From: Candidatus Latescibacterota bacterium
GTDB lineage: Bacteria; Latescibacterota; UBA2968; UBA8231
Reading direction: 5' to 3'
Length of the DNA: 64,000 nucleotides
Assembly: GCA_965197905.1 (NCBI GenBank)
Contig: CBDAOB010000002.1
Coordinates: forward strand, 160,001 to 224,000
Shown here: positions 39,090-49,000 of the stretch, piece after piece
Position numbering within the stretch: the stretch's first letter is position 1
How the letters are laid out: each line of letters starts with the position of its first letter
The notes under the pieces: generated by a model
What the model was told of the DNA's origin: nothing
Databases searched by the model: none
What the model saw: only the letters and a program-made list of their open reading frames with translations
Program-made: the position numbers and the translations under genes

Positions 39090-39353
39090 AGGAATCAGAA
39101 TCTTCATAACCGCCATCGTAAGTCCGGTCAACGCGATCATGGTGGTCATGAGGACGGCAAAACGCGAGTCGATGCGCCGATGGGTCTCATCGATTCGCTG
39201 GCTCAACGAGCGATTGGTTTCGTCGATCCGACCGTGGATGGCGCGCACATCCTGGCGCAGATCCTGGATGTCTTCGCGCAGATATGATATGCCCCAGCGA
39301 AAGTCCTCCGGCGGCTGCGGAGGGGGTGATTTCGGGTCGGGGGTTTCGGTCAC
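39081..39353 (-). CDS. Small coiled-coil protein with C-terminal TM helix (DUF1640/CCDC90-like), copy 1
   Basis: PEDFRWGISYLREDIQDLRQD..RIDET..RIDET..RIDSRF then hydrophobic helix; AGGAG SD; upstream TGTATATT. Confidence 0.75.
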   Translation of the reverse strand: MTETPDPKSPPPQPPEDFRWGISYLREDIQDLRQDVRAIHGRIDETNRSLSQRIDETHRRIDSRFAVLMTTMIALTGLTMAVMKILIPSP

Positions 39354-39503
39354 GGTGAGCTCCTAACGGCAATATACAAACGCAGCCAAACGTCATCCAA
39401 CGAAGCTGAGGAAAGCAGATCGCATGCCAGCGTATCTCACTCTGAAAAGGGCACTGGAATCAGATCGACTGTCTCAATTCCTCGCCACTTGTGGGTATTC
39501 CTC

Positions 39504-42500
39504 ATGCCACGTTTGCTCCGCGCACCTCCGTCCAACGCTGTCTTCGTCGACTACAACAACGACGGCTTCCAGGATGTTTTCTTTGCGGAATTTCAAACCA
39601 GGCAGATCGGCCTGTTCCAGAACACCGGAGACGGTCGCCTGATCGACATGACCTCCGCAATCCCGAGCGAGCTGGTCCCGCAGGGCGGCATTCTAGCCGA
39701 TTATGATAACGACGGGGACGAAGACCTTTATCTGGCGGTTTCTAACCCTGATCGCAATCTCCTCCTGCGCAACGACCGCGGTCTATTTACCCAAGTAACC
39801 TTTGACGCCGAAGCGGCACCGTTGATTTCCGCTGATGCGATCTGGCTCGATTACGACCGGGATGGGCATCTGGACCTCTACACCTCCAGGTTCTTCGGCA
39901 ACCCGCTGCGAGGCAACCGACTGTTTCGCAACAACGGTGCGGGCCTCTTTGTCGATCGCACGGCAGCGTCAGGCTTGGACAGCCTCTTTCATCCCCAGGG
40001 GGGCGGCTCTATAGGCGGCATGGCCGGCGGCGATTTCAACAACGACGGCCAGGGCGGCTTCGTCGATGCTACCACCAGTGAGATTGCCGACGAGGGCCTG
40101 GCGCTCGACCTTGCCGTCGGAGACATCGACAACGACGGGGACCTCGACATCTTCCAGACCGCGACCGCAGACGATATTGAGGTGGATGAATCCCGCAACC
40201 TGATGCTGTTGAATCTGGGCGACGGGCAGTTCCTTGACGTCACCGAAGGCGTCGGCCTCGGTGTAAGTATCCTGGGTTCCAGCGCGATTGGTGCCGTTTT
40301 CGCTGATGTCGACAACGATGGCGATCTGGATCTCATTATCGGTATTTCGCGAACGCGATCGGGATTCGAGAACTTCCTTCTGCTGAATGACGGCAGCGGT
40401 ATCTTCACGGATGCAACCGACCAATCCGGAATAGAACAACTCGGAGGAGATCTGGCCGTTGGCGATTTCGACGAGGACGGTTTTGTCGATCTCTTCTATC
40501 CCTCCTACACTCGTGGTCGCGCCTCCTTCTACCGCAACAACGGCAATAACAATCACTGGCTGCGAGTCGAGCTGATCGGCATAGAGAGCAACCGCAACGG
40601 CATCGGTGCCCGCTTGTTCGCTGACGCCGGCGACCTGAGGCAGATGCGGGAGATACTGGGCGGCCTGGGTCGCCAGCAGGACGAGAAGGTAGCGCACTTC
40701 GGCCTGGCCCAGCACACCCAGGTGGACCGGCTGGAGATCCGCTGGCCTTCGGGGCAGGTGGATGTGCTGGAGAACATTCCCGCAGATCGGAAGATTCGCG
40801 TCTTCGAAGGCCGGGGAGGATACCAAGTCGTAGAGCCGACGCGCTGGGAACACTCCCTTCCCGCTGTCGTGTTGGAGGGGGAAACCGTCACCTTCGCGGC
40901 CTCGGTGCGGCCGGCCCTGTTCGAGCCGGACGCCGAGGTGTTGAGTGCCACCCTCGATCTGAGCGCCTTCGGCGGTTCGGCGGCACAGCCGCTCACGCGG
41001 TCGGCGGACGGATCCTACACGGTGGAGGCGTCGTTCACGGTCGGCCCTTCAATGGACGTGCCAACGATCTCGGTCCTGATCGAACAATCCACTTCCTTGG
41101 GACCTCACTGGGTGCGCCTGGACGCTGCGATCAAGGTGGCGCCGGCGCCCGTTCCGGGACAGACCTTTACCGATGTTGCGGCCCTCGCCGGGGTCCACGG
41201 CCCGCATGGCACGGCGTTGTGGGGGGATTACGACGGCGACGGGGATCAGGATCTATTTCTTGGGAACGCAAAATTTGCCACCCGTTTCTACCGCAACAAC
41301 GGGGACGGCAGCTTCACCGACGTCGCCGATCTGGTGGGCGTGGACTCGCGATTGACAGCTAGCTGGGGGGCCTTCTCTGACTACGACAACGACGGCGATC
41401 TGGATCTCTTTGTCATCCGTTTCCCTACCCGCCAGTTGTACCAGAACGACGGGGACGGAACCTTCGTTGAGGTAGCCGCAACCGCCGGGGTGGACCAGGG
41501 GCGCTTCAACACCAGTCCGTCGTGGTCCGACTACGACCTGGACGGGGATGTGGATCTATACGTTGGTCGCAACAGCTTTTTCGAGAACCAGGCGGACGGC
41601 ACCTTCATCGATGTCGCGGCCGCTCGTGGCTTCGATGGTGGCGACGGACTTGGCAGTTTCTCGTTCTGGGCCGACTACGACAACGACGGCGATCCGGACC
41701 TTTTTCTAGGGAACCAGCGCAATCCCGCTCGCCTCTATCGAAACGAGCGCGAAGGGGAGGCTTTCACCGATGTTACCGAAGCGTCCGGGATCGGGGCCTT
41801 TTTTGGTGATTTTGGCACGGTCTCCCCGGCATGGGGAGACTACGACAACGACGGCTTTCTCGACCTGGGCCTGACCGAGGCGGCGCGGGAGGGAGCAGCG
41901 GGGGAGAACAACTCCTGGCTCTTCCGCAACAACCGGGACGGTACGTTTAGGGACGTGACGGAGACGGCGGGCATCGACCAGAAGGGCGATGGGAGCGGCA
42001 TCGACTGGGGCGATTACGATGGCGATGGCCTGCTGGATCTGTTGCTTACCAGTTCCGAGGACGGGAACCGCTTGTACCGAAACCAGGCCGACGGCACCTT
42101 CGCCGACGTGGCGGTTTCAACGGGCGTAGACCGGCCCCACTCCGCGGGTGCGGCTTGGGTCGATTTCGACACCGACGGCGATCTGGATATTCACCTGTAT
42201 CAAACCATCGGTCCTCGACTGTATCGCAACGACGGCAAGTCGCGGCGCTGGCTGCAGGTACAGGCGGCCGGTAGGCAGAGCAACCGCAGCGGCATCGGGG
42301 CGGTTGCGACAGCGGTAACCGGGAGCCACCGGCAGCGGCGCGATCTGGCTTCGCAAGGGGGCAAGACGATGCCCATGGAGTTCGGGCTCGGCGATGCCAC
42401 GACGGTGGACTCGCTGATCGTCGCCTGGCCCTCGGGGCAGGTGGATGTGATCACCGACCTGGCCGTCGATCAGATCATCCGGGTCACCGAAGGGCAGGGA

Positions 42501-42818
42501 CATGTGACCGCGGTGGAAGAGGTCGTGGGGGCCGGCCCGCAAAGGTTTGAGCTGGATCAGAACTATCCGAATCCGTTCAACTCGGGTACCGTCATTCGAT
42601 TTGCGGTGCCGACAAGCGGTGAGGTGGAGCTGGCGGTCTACAACCTGGCGGGACAGAAGGTTGTACACCTGGTGCAGGGGTTGCGGGAGGCGGGTCAGTA
42701 CGTCTTGCGCTGGGACGGCAGGAATGGCGCCGGCCACGAATTGGCCAGCGGTGTCTACTTCTATCGGTTGCGGGCGGGGGATCAGGTTGACACGCGCAAG
42801 CTGCTGCTGCTGCAGTAA
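39504..42818 (+). CDS. FG-GAP/CRTAC1-like repeat protein with two ASPIC/UnbV-like domains and a C-terminal FlgD-Ig/sorting domain
   Basis: Many D(Y/F)DNDGD.DL repeats, two SNR.GIGA...HFGL/EFGL...WPSG modules, QNYPNPFN and ASGVYFYRL tail; no clear signal peptide. Confidence 0.85.
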   Translation: MPRLLRAPPSNAVFVDYNNDGFQDVFFAEFQTRQIGLFQNTGDGRLIDMTSAIPSELVPQGGILADYDNDGDEDLYLAVSNPDRNLLLRNDRGLFTQVTFDAEAAPLISADAIWLDYDRDGHLDLYTSRFFGNPLRGNRLFRNNGAGLFVDRTAASGLDSLFHPQGGGSIGGMAGGDFNNDGQGGFVDATTSEIADEGLALDLAVGDIDNDGDLDIFQTATADDIEVDESRNLMLLNLGDGQFLDVTEGVGLGVSILGSSAIGAVFADVDNDGDLDLIIGISRTRSGFENFLLLNDGSGIFTDATDQSGIEQLGGDLAVGDFDEDGFVDLFYPSYTRGRASFYRNNGNNNHWLRVELIGIESNRNGIGARLFADAGDLRQMREILGGLGRQQDEKVAHFGLAQHTQVDRLEIRWPSGQVDVLENIPADRKIRVFEGRGGYQVVEPTRWEHSLPAVVLEGETVTFAASVRPALFEPDAEVLSATLDLSAFGGSAAQPLTRSADGSYTVEASFTVGPSMDVPTISVLIEQSTSLGPHWVRLDAAIKVAPAPVPGQTFTDVAALAGVHGPHGTALWGDYDGDGDQDLFLGNAKFATRFYRNNGDGSFTDVADLVGVDSRLTASWGAFSDYDNDGDLDLFVIRFPTRQLYQNDGDGTFVEVAATAGVDQGRFNTSPSWSDYDLDGDVDLYVGRNSFFENQADGTFIDVAAARGFDGGDGLGSFSFWADYDNDGDPDLFLGNQRNPARLYRNEREGEAFTDVTEASGIGAFFGDFGTVSPAWGDYDNDGFLDLGLTEAAREGAAGENNSWLFRNNRDGTFRDVTETAGIDQKGDGSGIDWGDYDGDGLLDLLLTSSEDGNRLYRNQADGTFADVAVSTGVDRPHSAGAAWVDFDTDGDLDIHLYQTIGPRLYRNDGKSRRWLQVQAAGRQSNRSGIGAVATAVTGSHRQRRDLASQGGKTMPMEFGLGDATTVDSLIVAWPSGQVDVITDLAVDQIIRVTEGQGHVTAVEEVVGAGPQRFELDQNYPNPFNSGTVIRFAVPTSGEVELAVYNLAGQKVVHLVQGLREAGQYVLRWDGRNGAGHELASGVYFYRLRAGDQVDTRKLLLLQ

Positions 42819-43266
42819 GGATCAGAACTTGATGGCCGCTACGATCAATCCACCCATGCCAATCATTGTCGTAATGAGCACGGTGAAACGGGAATCGATG
42901 CGTCGGTTTGTTTCGTCGATGCGGCCGTTCAGGGTGCCTACGTCCTGCCGAAGGTCCTGGCGCAGATCCTGGATTTGAGCTTGAAGTCCTTGATTACCGC
43001 TATTCATGTCCTGGCGCAGAGCCTGGATATCCTCGCGCAGATAGGATATGCCCCAACGAAAGTCCTCTGGAGGTTTCGATGAGGGTGATTTCGGATCAGA
43101 TGTTTCAGACATGATATGCTCCAGTGGGAATATACAAACGTTGCTCTGCGAAAACCAAGGCAAGTAACAGCAGATCATGTGCCAGCATTCTCCAGGCGGA
43201 ACGGCATTGTGGAAGTATGTCGACTGTGTCAATTCCTCTCCACTTCCGGGTACTTCGCATGACACG
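42711..43266 (+). repeat. Diverged direct repeat, copy 2
   Basis: Homologous to 38982..39511. Confidence 0.75.
42822..43112 (-). CDS. Small coiled-coil protein with C-terminal TM helix, copy 2
   Basis: MSETSDPKSPSSKPPEDFRWGISYLREDIQALRQD...QDLRQDLRQD...RIDETNRRIDSRF + TM; GGAG SD. Confidence 0.75.
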   Translation of the reverse strand: MSETSDPKSPSSKPPEDFRWGISYLREDIQALRQDMNSGNQGLQAQIQDLRQDLRQDVGTLNGRIDETNRRIDSRFTVLITTMIGMGGLIVAAIKF

Positions 43267-43355
43267 CGGCGTCGCGCACTGGAAGCCGTGCCTCGCGCGA
43301 CGGCGCCGGTCGCACTGCCGCACCGCCCACGTCGTCATTGATGTGGCGTCTCCTG

Positions 43356-43383
43356 TTTGACCAGACTGTCGATAACACCAATT
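43356..43383 (+). promoter_or_regulatory. Recurrent upstream motif, copy 7
   Basis: TTTGACCAGAC-TGTC-GATAA-CAC-CAATT, upstream of iorA. Confidence 0.45.
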
Positions 43384-43508
43384 TTCACCAGAAATACGGC
43401 AAGCGGTTTCTCCATGCGAGAGCGAGCTTCGTGCTGACGGCGTTTTCAAGCACGTAGGAGAAGCCATCGAACAACAAAGTCACTGCTTCATCACCCACGG
43501 AGACAACG

Positions 43509-43967
43509 ATGCAATACCTCATCATCAATAAGAAGAAGGTGTCTCTTGAAGGGGTTGATCCGCAGACGCCGTTATTGTGGTTTCTGCGTGATCACCTCGG
43601 TTTAACGGGAACAAAATACGGCTGCGGAATGTCGCTCTGCGGTGCGTGCACGGTTCATCTCGGAGGAAATGCGGTGCGCTCATGTACCCTACCGGTGGCG
43701 GCGGTGGGCGGGCAGGAGGTAACCACCATCGAAGGGCTTTCTGCAGCTGGCGATCATCCGGTGCAGAAGGCGTGGCAGGATCTCGACGTTCCTCAGTGTG
43801 GGTACTGTCAGCCGGGGCAAATCATGTCCGCATCAGCTCTTCTTGCCGAGAACTCCAATCCGAGTGACGATGAGATCACCGCCGTCATGTCCGGCAACAT
43901 CTGTCGCTGTGGCACTTACCAGAGAATTCACGCGGCGATTCAGAAGGCGGCGGAGGAAATGCAATGA
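43509..43967 (+). CDS. iorA: (2Fe-2S)-binding subunit, isoquinoline 1-oxidoreductase alpha-like
   Basis: [33 protein letters not shown]. Confidence 0.9.
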   Translation: MQYLIINKKKVSLEGVDPQTPLLWFLRDHLGLTGTKYGCGMSLCGACTVHLGGNAVRSCTLPVAAVGGQEVTTIEGLSAAGDHPVQKAWQDLDVPQCGYCQPGQIMSASALLAENSNPSDDEITAVMSGNICRCGTYQRIHAAIQKAAEEMQ

Positions 43968-46207
43968 ACCCTATCGTCAAGATCGAGCGTCGGGACTTTC
44001 TGAAGGGTTTCGTTGGATTGAGTGGTGGATTGCTTCTGGGTATCAGGCCGTCGCGGGCGAGAGCGGAAACTTCGGGACAAATTCCCTGGTCACCGAATGT
44101 CTTTCTTTCCCTGGACATCGATGGTCTCGTTACCATCATCGCCCATCGTTCTGAAATGGGTACCGGGATACGAACCTGTCTGCCAGCCATCGTCGCAGAC
44201 GAATTGGGAGCCGAATGGTCCCGAGTCAAAATCGAACAGGCGATCGGCGACGAGAAGTACGGATCACAGAACACGGATGGATCCAGGAGCGTACGGAATT
44301 TTTTCGAAGCCATGAGGGTGGCTGGAGCAACAGCCAGAACCATGCTGGAACGAGCGGCAGCCGCCGAGTGGGGTGTAGACGCCTCCAGCGTAATGGTGTC
44401 CAGACACGAAATCAGGCACGCCAGCGGAAAAACGGCTCGATTTGCCGACATGGTGACCAAAGCTGCCGCCTTGCCTGTACCTGATCCGGAGGAATTGACC
44501 TATCGATCACCGAGTGCTTACCGCTATATCGGCAAAGACTTTCCGGTCGTGGATCGAGCCGATATCACTACGGGGACAGCCGAGTTCGGAATGGACGTGC
44601 AGATCGATGGCATGAAATACGCGGCTGTCGCCCGCTGTCCGGTCATTGGGGGAGGGGTCGTCTCCTTCGACGCCACAGAGGCGCTGGCGACCGCCGGTGT
44701 AGAGCAAGTGGTACAGCTTCCAGAGCCGGATGCCCCGCTTGCGTTTCACGCGCTTGGTGGCGTGGCCGTCATCGCGACCAACACCTGGGCTGCCTTCCAG
44801 GGCAAGTCCAAACTGCGAGTCGAATGGGATTACGGAGCGAATGCGGACTACGACTCGGACAGTTTCAGGGAGGCTCTCACAGAAACGGTGAATAAACCGG
44901 GTGAGGTAGCACGATCCCGAGGGGATGTCGATGGAGCGATGGCGGTTGCTCCAGCACAACATGCAGCGGAGTACCATCTCCCGCATCTGGCGCACGCTCC
45001 GATGGAGCCGCCGGCTGCCACGGCCAGGGTGGCTGGCGATCGATGCGAGGCGTGGGCAGCGACGCAGAATCCCCAGGCCGCCCAGGGGGAATTGGCGCAA
45101 GTCCTGGGATTGCAAAAGAAAAATGTCATCGTGCACGTGACCCTTCTGGGAGGTGGATTCGGGCGCAAGTCAAAACCAGATTTTGTTGCCGAGGCGGCCC
45201 TTTTGTCCAGAGAGATAAACCTGCCCGTAAAGGTAGTCTGGTCGCGTGAGGACGATATCCAGTTCGACTACTATCACGCGGTTGCCGCCTGTCGCATTGA
45301 GGCCGGTTTGGACGAAGCTGGCAAACCACTGGCGATGTTGATGCGCAGTGCTTTCCCTCCCATCGGCTCTACATTCGAAACCGGTGCTGATACGCCGGCG
45401 GATTGGGAAATGGGGTTCGGATTCTCGGACGTTCCTTTCGACGTTCCGAATATTCGTTGCGAGAAAGGCAAGGCGAAAGCCCACGTGCGCATCGGTTGGC
45501 TGCGTTCAGTCTGCAACATCTACCACGCCTTTGCCGTATCATCCTTCGCGGACGAGCTGGCGGCAAGGGCCGGGGCGGATCCGCTCGAATATCTACTCGA
45601 GCTAATCGGCTCCCCACGAAAGATCGATCTGGCGGCAGAGGGAGCGAAGTATTCAAACTACGGGGCTTCGATCGAGAAATTTCCCATCGATACAGGTCGT
45701 TTGCGTCACGTAACCGAGCAGGCAGCGAAAAATTCGGGTTGGGGGCGGCAGCTGCCTCGCGGCCGCAGTCTCGGCATCGCGTCTCATCGCAGCTTTCTCA
45801 CCTACGTAGCCAACGTTGTCGAAGTAGAGGTAACCAAGGATGGGCAGGTCAACATTCCCCGGGTTGACGTGGTCGCTGACCTCGGACTCGTGATTAATCC
45901 GGATCGCGTCAAAGCGCAGTTCGAAGGTTCAGCAGTATTCGGGGCGAGCTTGGCCCTCAACGGAGAGATTACGGCAAAGCGCGGACGTGTGGTTCAGTCC
46001 AACTTCCACGATTACAAGGTTTGTCGCATGAACGAGGCTCCGCGGCAGGTCCATGTCCATCTGGTGGATAGCGTCGAACCACCGGCGGGAGCGGGGGAGC
46101 CGGGCGTTCCTCCTTTTGCCCCTGCCCTGGCCAACGCCATCTTTGCGGCCACCGGAAAGAGGGTTCGCAGCTTGCCGCTGTCGGCTCACGATCTGTCCTG
46201 GTCTTAG
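43964..46207 (+). CDS. iorB: Molybdopterin-binding subunit, isoquinoline 1-oxidoreductase beta-like (Tat-exported)
   Basis: Tat motif [47 protein letters not shown]. Confidence 0.9.
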   Translation: MNPIVKIERRDFLKGFVGLSGGLLLGIRPSRARAETSGQIPWSPNVFLSLDIDGLVTIIAHRSEMGTGIRTCLPAIVADELGAEWSRVKIEQAIGDEKYGSQNTDGSRSVRNFFEAMRVAGATARTMLERAAAAEWGVDASSVMVSRHEIRHASGKTARFADMVTKAAALPVPDPEELTYRSPSAYRYIGKDFPVVDRADITTGTAEFGMDVQIDGMKYAAVARCPVIGGGVVSFDATEALATAGVEQVVQLPEPDAPLAFHALGGVAVIATNTWAAFQGKSKLRVEWDYGANADYDSDSFREALTETVNKPGEVARSRGDVDGAMAVAPAQHAAEYHLPHLAHAPMEPPAATARVAGDRCEAWAATQNPQAAQGELAQVLGLQKKNVIVHVTLLGGGFGRKSKPDFVAEAALLSREINLPVKVVWSREDDIQFDYYHAVAACRIEAGLDEAGKPLAMLMRSAFPPIGSTFETGADTPADWEMGFGFSDVPFDVPNIRCEKGKAKAHVRIGWLRSVCNIYHAFAVSSFADELAARAGADPLEYLLELIGSPRKIDLAAEGAKYSNYGASIEKFPIDTGRLRHVTEQAAKNSGWGRQLPRGRSLGIASHRSFLTYVANVVEVEVTKDGQVNIPRVDVVADLGLVINPDRVKAQFEGSAVFGASLALNGEITAKRGRVVQSNFHDYKVCRMNEAPRQVHVHLVDSVEPPAGAGEPGVPPFAPALANAIFAATGKRVRSLPLSAHDLSWS

Positions 46208-46366
46208 TGCTCTGTTCAACATCTATCCTTGTATTTCGCCGCCTATGCACCCCGGCTGGCCGCGTTTCGCTCGCTCGCCATATTCCACCAATATGGCTCG
46301 CTCGCGCGCCTTGCCAGCCCGGCGCCTCGACGCCGAAATCTCAAGGCTTTCTATTGAACAGAGCAC
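46207..46366. mobile_element. Putative non-autonomous hairpin MITE
   Basis: Perfect 13-bp terminal inverted repeats GTGCTCTGTTCAA/TTGAACAGAGCAC, nested internal inverted pairs, flanked by TTA and CTAG. Confidence 0.7.
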
Positions 46367-46398
46367 CTAGTCGCGTCTGGTGACGGGCGCGCTTGTAC

Positions 46399-47214
46399 CT
46401 AATCGTAAGGCCAGAATTGATTCCACGCCGTCATCCAATCCTCAGCGCGGCTTTCTGCGGTTAGCGCCCCCGTGATCTCGACGCCAGCGCGTCCTTTGAA
46501 GTCGGCCAGTTGGTCGACAGTGCCCGTTTCGATCTTGATGGTTGTGGGTTTAGCCGGCACATAGGGCGGTACAACCGTTAGGTCGGTGAGGGCGTTCTTG
46601 GCACCGTCTTCAATCATCTGACGCGCGCGCAAGGGCGGAATCTGGCGCGCACTGTAGCGGCTCAGTCCTTTCTTCACCGCCACTGTCGGCAATCGATCAC
46701 CCAGCAATTCGCGGGCTTCGCGGCACACAGCTTCGTCGCCGGTTACGAGGACAACCGGAACCCCATAGTGACCGTTGAGGGCAGCGTTGACCCCTGTTTC
46801 TCCTACCAGGTCGTCGTTGAACCACAGGTTGTGGTAGGTGACCCCCGATATGGTGTGGCAGAGGACACCGTCTGGCGTGTTGTTGCGCGCATGCATGCCC
46901 ACCAGCAGGCAGGCATCGCAGCCCTCCTGCCACATCTCGGTGTAGCGACCCCACACATGATGGGCGACCCACTCGCAGTCAGGGTCGAGCTGCTCGGGGA
47001 TTAGCGAGTTAAAGGTCCAGCCCTTACCTGCACCATGGCAGTCGACCACGACGATACGCGTGGCGCCGCCAGCTTTGGCACCGCGCACGGCGGCGTTGAT
47101 CTCTTCGGTGTAGAGTCGGCGCCCTTCTTCGAACATGGCGTCTCCACCACGGACCTGCTCCCAGGCGACAATGCCGCTGACTCCTTCCATATCTGTCATG
47201 ATGAGAACCTGCAT
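46399..47214 (-). CDS. M55 family D-aminopeptidase (DppA-like)
   Basis: TDMEGVSG, VDCHG, GMHA, LCHT, GETGVNA, TGDEA. Confidence 0.9.
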   Translation of the reverse strand: MQVLIMTDMEGVSGIVAWEQVRGGDAMFEEGRRLYTEEINAAVRGAKAGGATRIVVVDCHGAGKGWTFNSLIPEQLDPDCEWVAHHVWGRYTEMWQEGCDACLLVGMHARNNTPDGVLCHTISGVTYHNLWFNDDLVGETGVNAALNGHYGVPVVLVTGDEAVCREARELLGDRLPTVAVKKGLSRYSARQIPPLRARQMIEDGAKNALTDLTVVPPYVPAKPTTIKIETGTVDQLADFKGRAGVEITGALTAESRAEDWMTAWNQFWPYD

Positions 47215-47398
47215 TCTGCGGCTCCTTCGTATCGCGGGAATCTATTCTTCCGGAGATATCATGTAGGCGGCAAGGTGGTACCAGCGCTTGACGTACGGCT
47301 GATTATCTCCGTTGCTCACGGGTGCCTCCAAATAAAGCTCCATTCGAAGCCAGGAAAAGGGGTTTCGCGTACCAGATGTTACTTTGAGGATTATCGAT

Positions 47399-49000
47399 AT
47401 GCACCGGTTGCTCTTGATACTCTGCCTGCTCTCCGCTCACCACCTCCTTGCACAGGTGGTGGTGATTCCCGAATACGAGACCGTCCGGTATCCGCAACCG
47501 CCGGTCCCGAAGGGTGAGTTTCAACAGCCCGATCTGTCGGGGGAGTTTCGACCGCTGCGGTTGACCACCGGAGACGTCACCTGGCACGACTACCTTGCGC
47601 CCAAGGTCCGCTTCACCCTGAATCAACGCGCGACCGTGTGGCTTGCCGTTTATCGACATTCCACAAGAACAGGACCGCGGGGGCCGCTTGGGGCATGGGT
47701 AATTATGGGACCGCAGGACCTTCTCGTGTACGTATCCACCGGACAGGCATTTGAGGCGGGTTCCCATTCACTACAATGGGATGGAAGGGACTGGCTCGGT
47801 CGCGACCTGACCTCTGGAGTGCACGGGTTCGACCTCATCGCCATCAACAATCTCGACAAGCCGGTCCTTGCCGGTCCGGCGGCGCGCGCTGGCTTCGGCC
47901 GCACCCTGATCGATACGCGGCACGATCCGCCGGAAATCTGGGTGCAGGAATCTGAGCGGCAGATGGACGAGCGGAGCCACCGCGCCGGCGACATGATTCG
48001 CGGCACCCTGGGTACAGATTACATCGCCGATCCAACAGCCTGGGAGCGCTGGTCCTACAACGAGGTTCTGGACTTCGACGGTGCCCGCACCATCAGTATG
48101 CAGCTGGACGATCAGGACACCGAGGTCTACTGGACGACCCACAGAGGGTACCATGACCAGCCACACCGGGCCCGCCTGGATCGCGAGCGGGGCGGGCTCT
48201 ACAAGATGCGTATCGATCGCGCCGCCAGGCGTTGGATCCCGGACGCCACGTTCGCCGACAACGGATTTGCCCGGAGCAAGGAAAACCGGATGATGGATAT
48301 CAAACCGTGGCGCGATGTGGTCTACGCCGCACACCAAGGTCAGGTCATTGGCGATCCTGTGTGTACGGTGGAGGCCTGGAGCAAGGAGACAGGAGAGATC
48401 ATTCGTGAGATCGATGTCACTGAGTATTTCACCCTGGTCAAGGTGCAAAACGGCAAACCGCTGGGCGGCATCCCTTCCGGTCCGATGTACCTGGGCGTCA
48501 ACAATCACGGCATCTGGATGACCAGCTGGAGTGGCGGCACGCCGATCGTTTTCTCGGATCACACCGGCCACGTCAAATGGGTCAACCGCTTTGGAGACCG
48601 GTTCGGAGACCACCTGTCGATTGAAGAGGCTACGGACACCGGTTTGCCGGCATCGGGAGGTCACAACCTGCAGATCGAGCCAGACCCCAGTGGCCGTGCG
48701 GTGTTCTTCGCCACGGGAGGCAACGATCGCGGGGCCTATTTCTCCGCCCTTGGCCGCGACGGGGCTGGCCTTTTCGATCTCTTATTCGAAGAAAGGCTCG
48801 TCCCCGGACCTGAATCGGGTCGGCTCACCATCGTCAAAGAGGACGGGCCGTACGATGGAATCTATTGCGCCATGGGCACCCATCATCTGGTGACCGGGCA
48901 AGCCGGTTACCCGGAGGGCGAAAAATACGGCCCCGGGATGCTACTCCATATTCCGTACAACCTGGTGTCGGGGAAACTCCATCGAGTCCGCTCGAAATAA
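47399..49000 (+). CDS. Secreted hypothetical protein with FlgD-Ig-like N-terminal domain and propeller-like body
   Basis: Signal peptide MHRLLLILCLLSAHHLLA; AGSHSLQWDGRD motif. Confidence 0.65.
   Translation: MHRLLLILCLLSAHHLLAQVVVIPEYETVRYPQPPVPKGEFQQPDLSGEFRPLRLTTGDVTWHDYLAPKVRFTLNQRATVWLAVYRHSTRTGPRGPLGAWVIMGPQDLLVYVSTGQAFEAGSHSLQWDGRDWLGRDLTSGVHGFDLIAINNLDKPVLAGPAARAGFGRTLIDTRHDPPEIWVQESERQMDERSHRAGDMIRGTLGTDYIADPTAWERWSYNEVLDFDGARTISMQLDDQDTEVYWTTHRGYHDQPHRARLDRERGGLYKMRIDRAARRWIPDATFADNGFARSKENRMMDIKPWRDVVYAAHQGQVIGDPVCTVEAWSKETGEIIREIDVTEYFTLVKVQNGKPLGGIPSGPMYLGVNNHGIWMTSWSGGTPIVFSDHTGHVKWVNRFGDRFGDHLSIEEATDTGLPASGGHNLQIEPDPSGRAVFFATGGNDRGAYFSALGRDGAGLFDLLFEERLVPGPESGRLTIVKEDGPYDGIYCAMGTHHLVTGQAGYPEGEKYGPGMLLHIPYNLVSGKLHRVRSK

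Larger units (their letters stand above)
38982..39511 (+). repeat. Diverged direct repeat, copy 1
   Basis: Homologous to 42711..43266 (tail + antisense small ORF + noncoding leader). Confidence 0.75.

Noticed and set aside
39540..42240. CRISPR-like or DNA tandem array (recurring gacaacgacggc)
   Set aside because: These are codons of in-frame FG-GAP DxDNDG protein repeats, with irregular spacing.
38982..42818. Duplicated FlgD tail as DGR template/variable repeat pair
   Set aside because: Differences are mostly synonymous and include non-adenine positions; no reverse transcriptase in the window.
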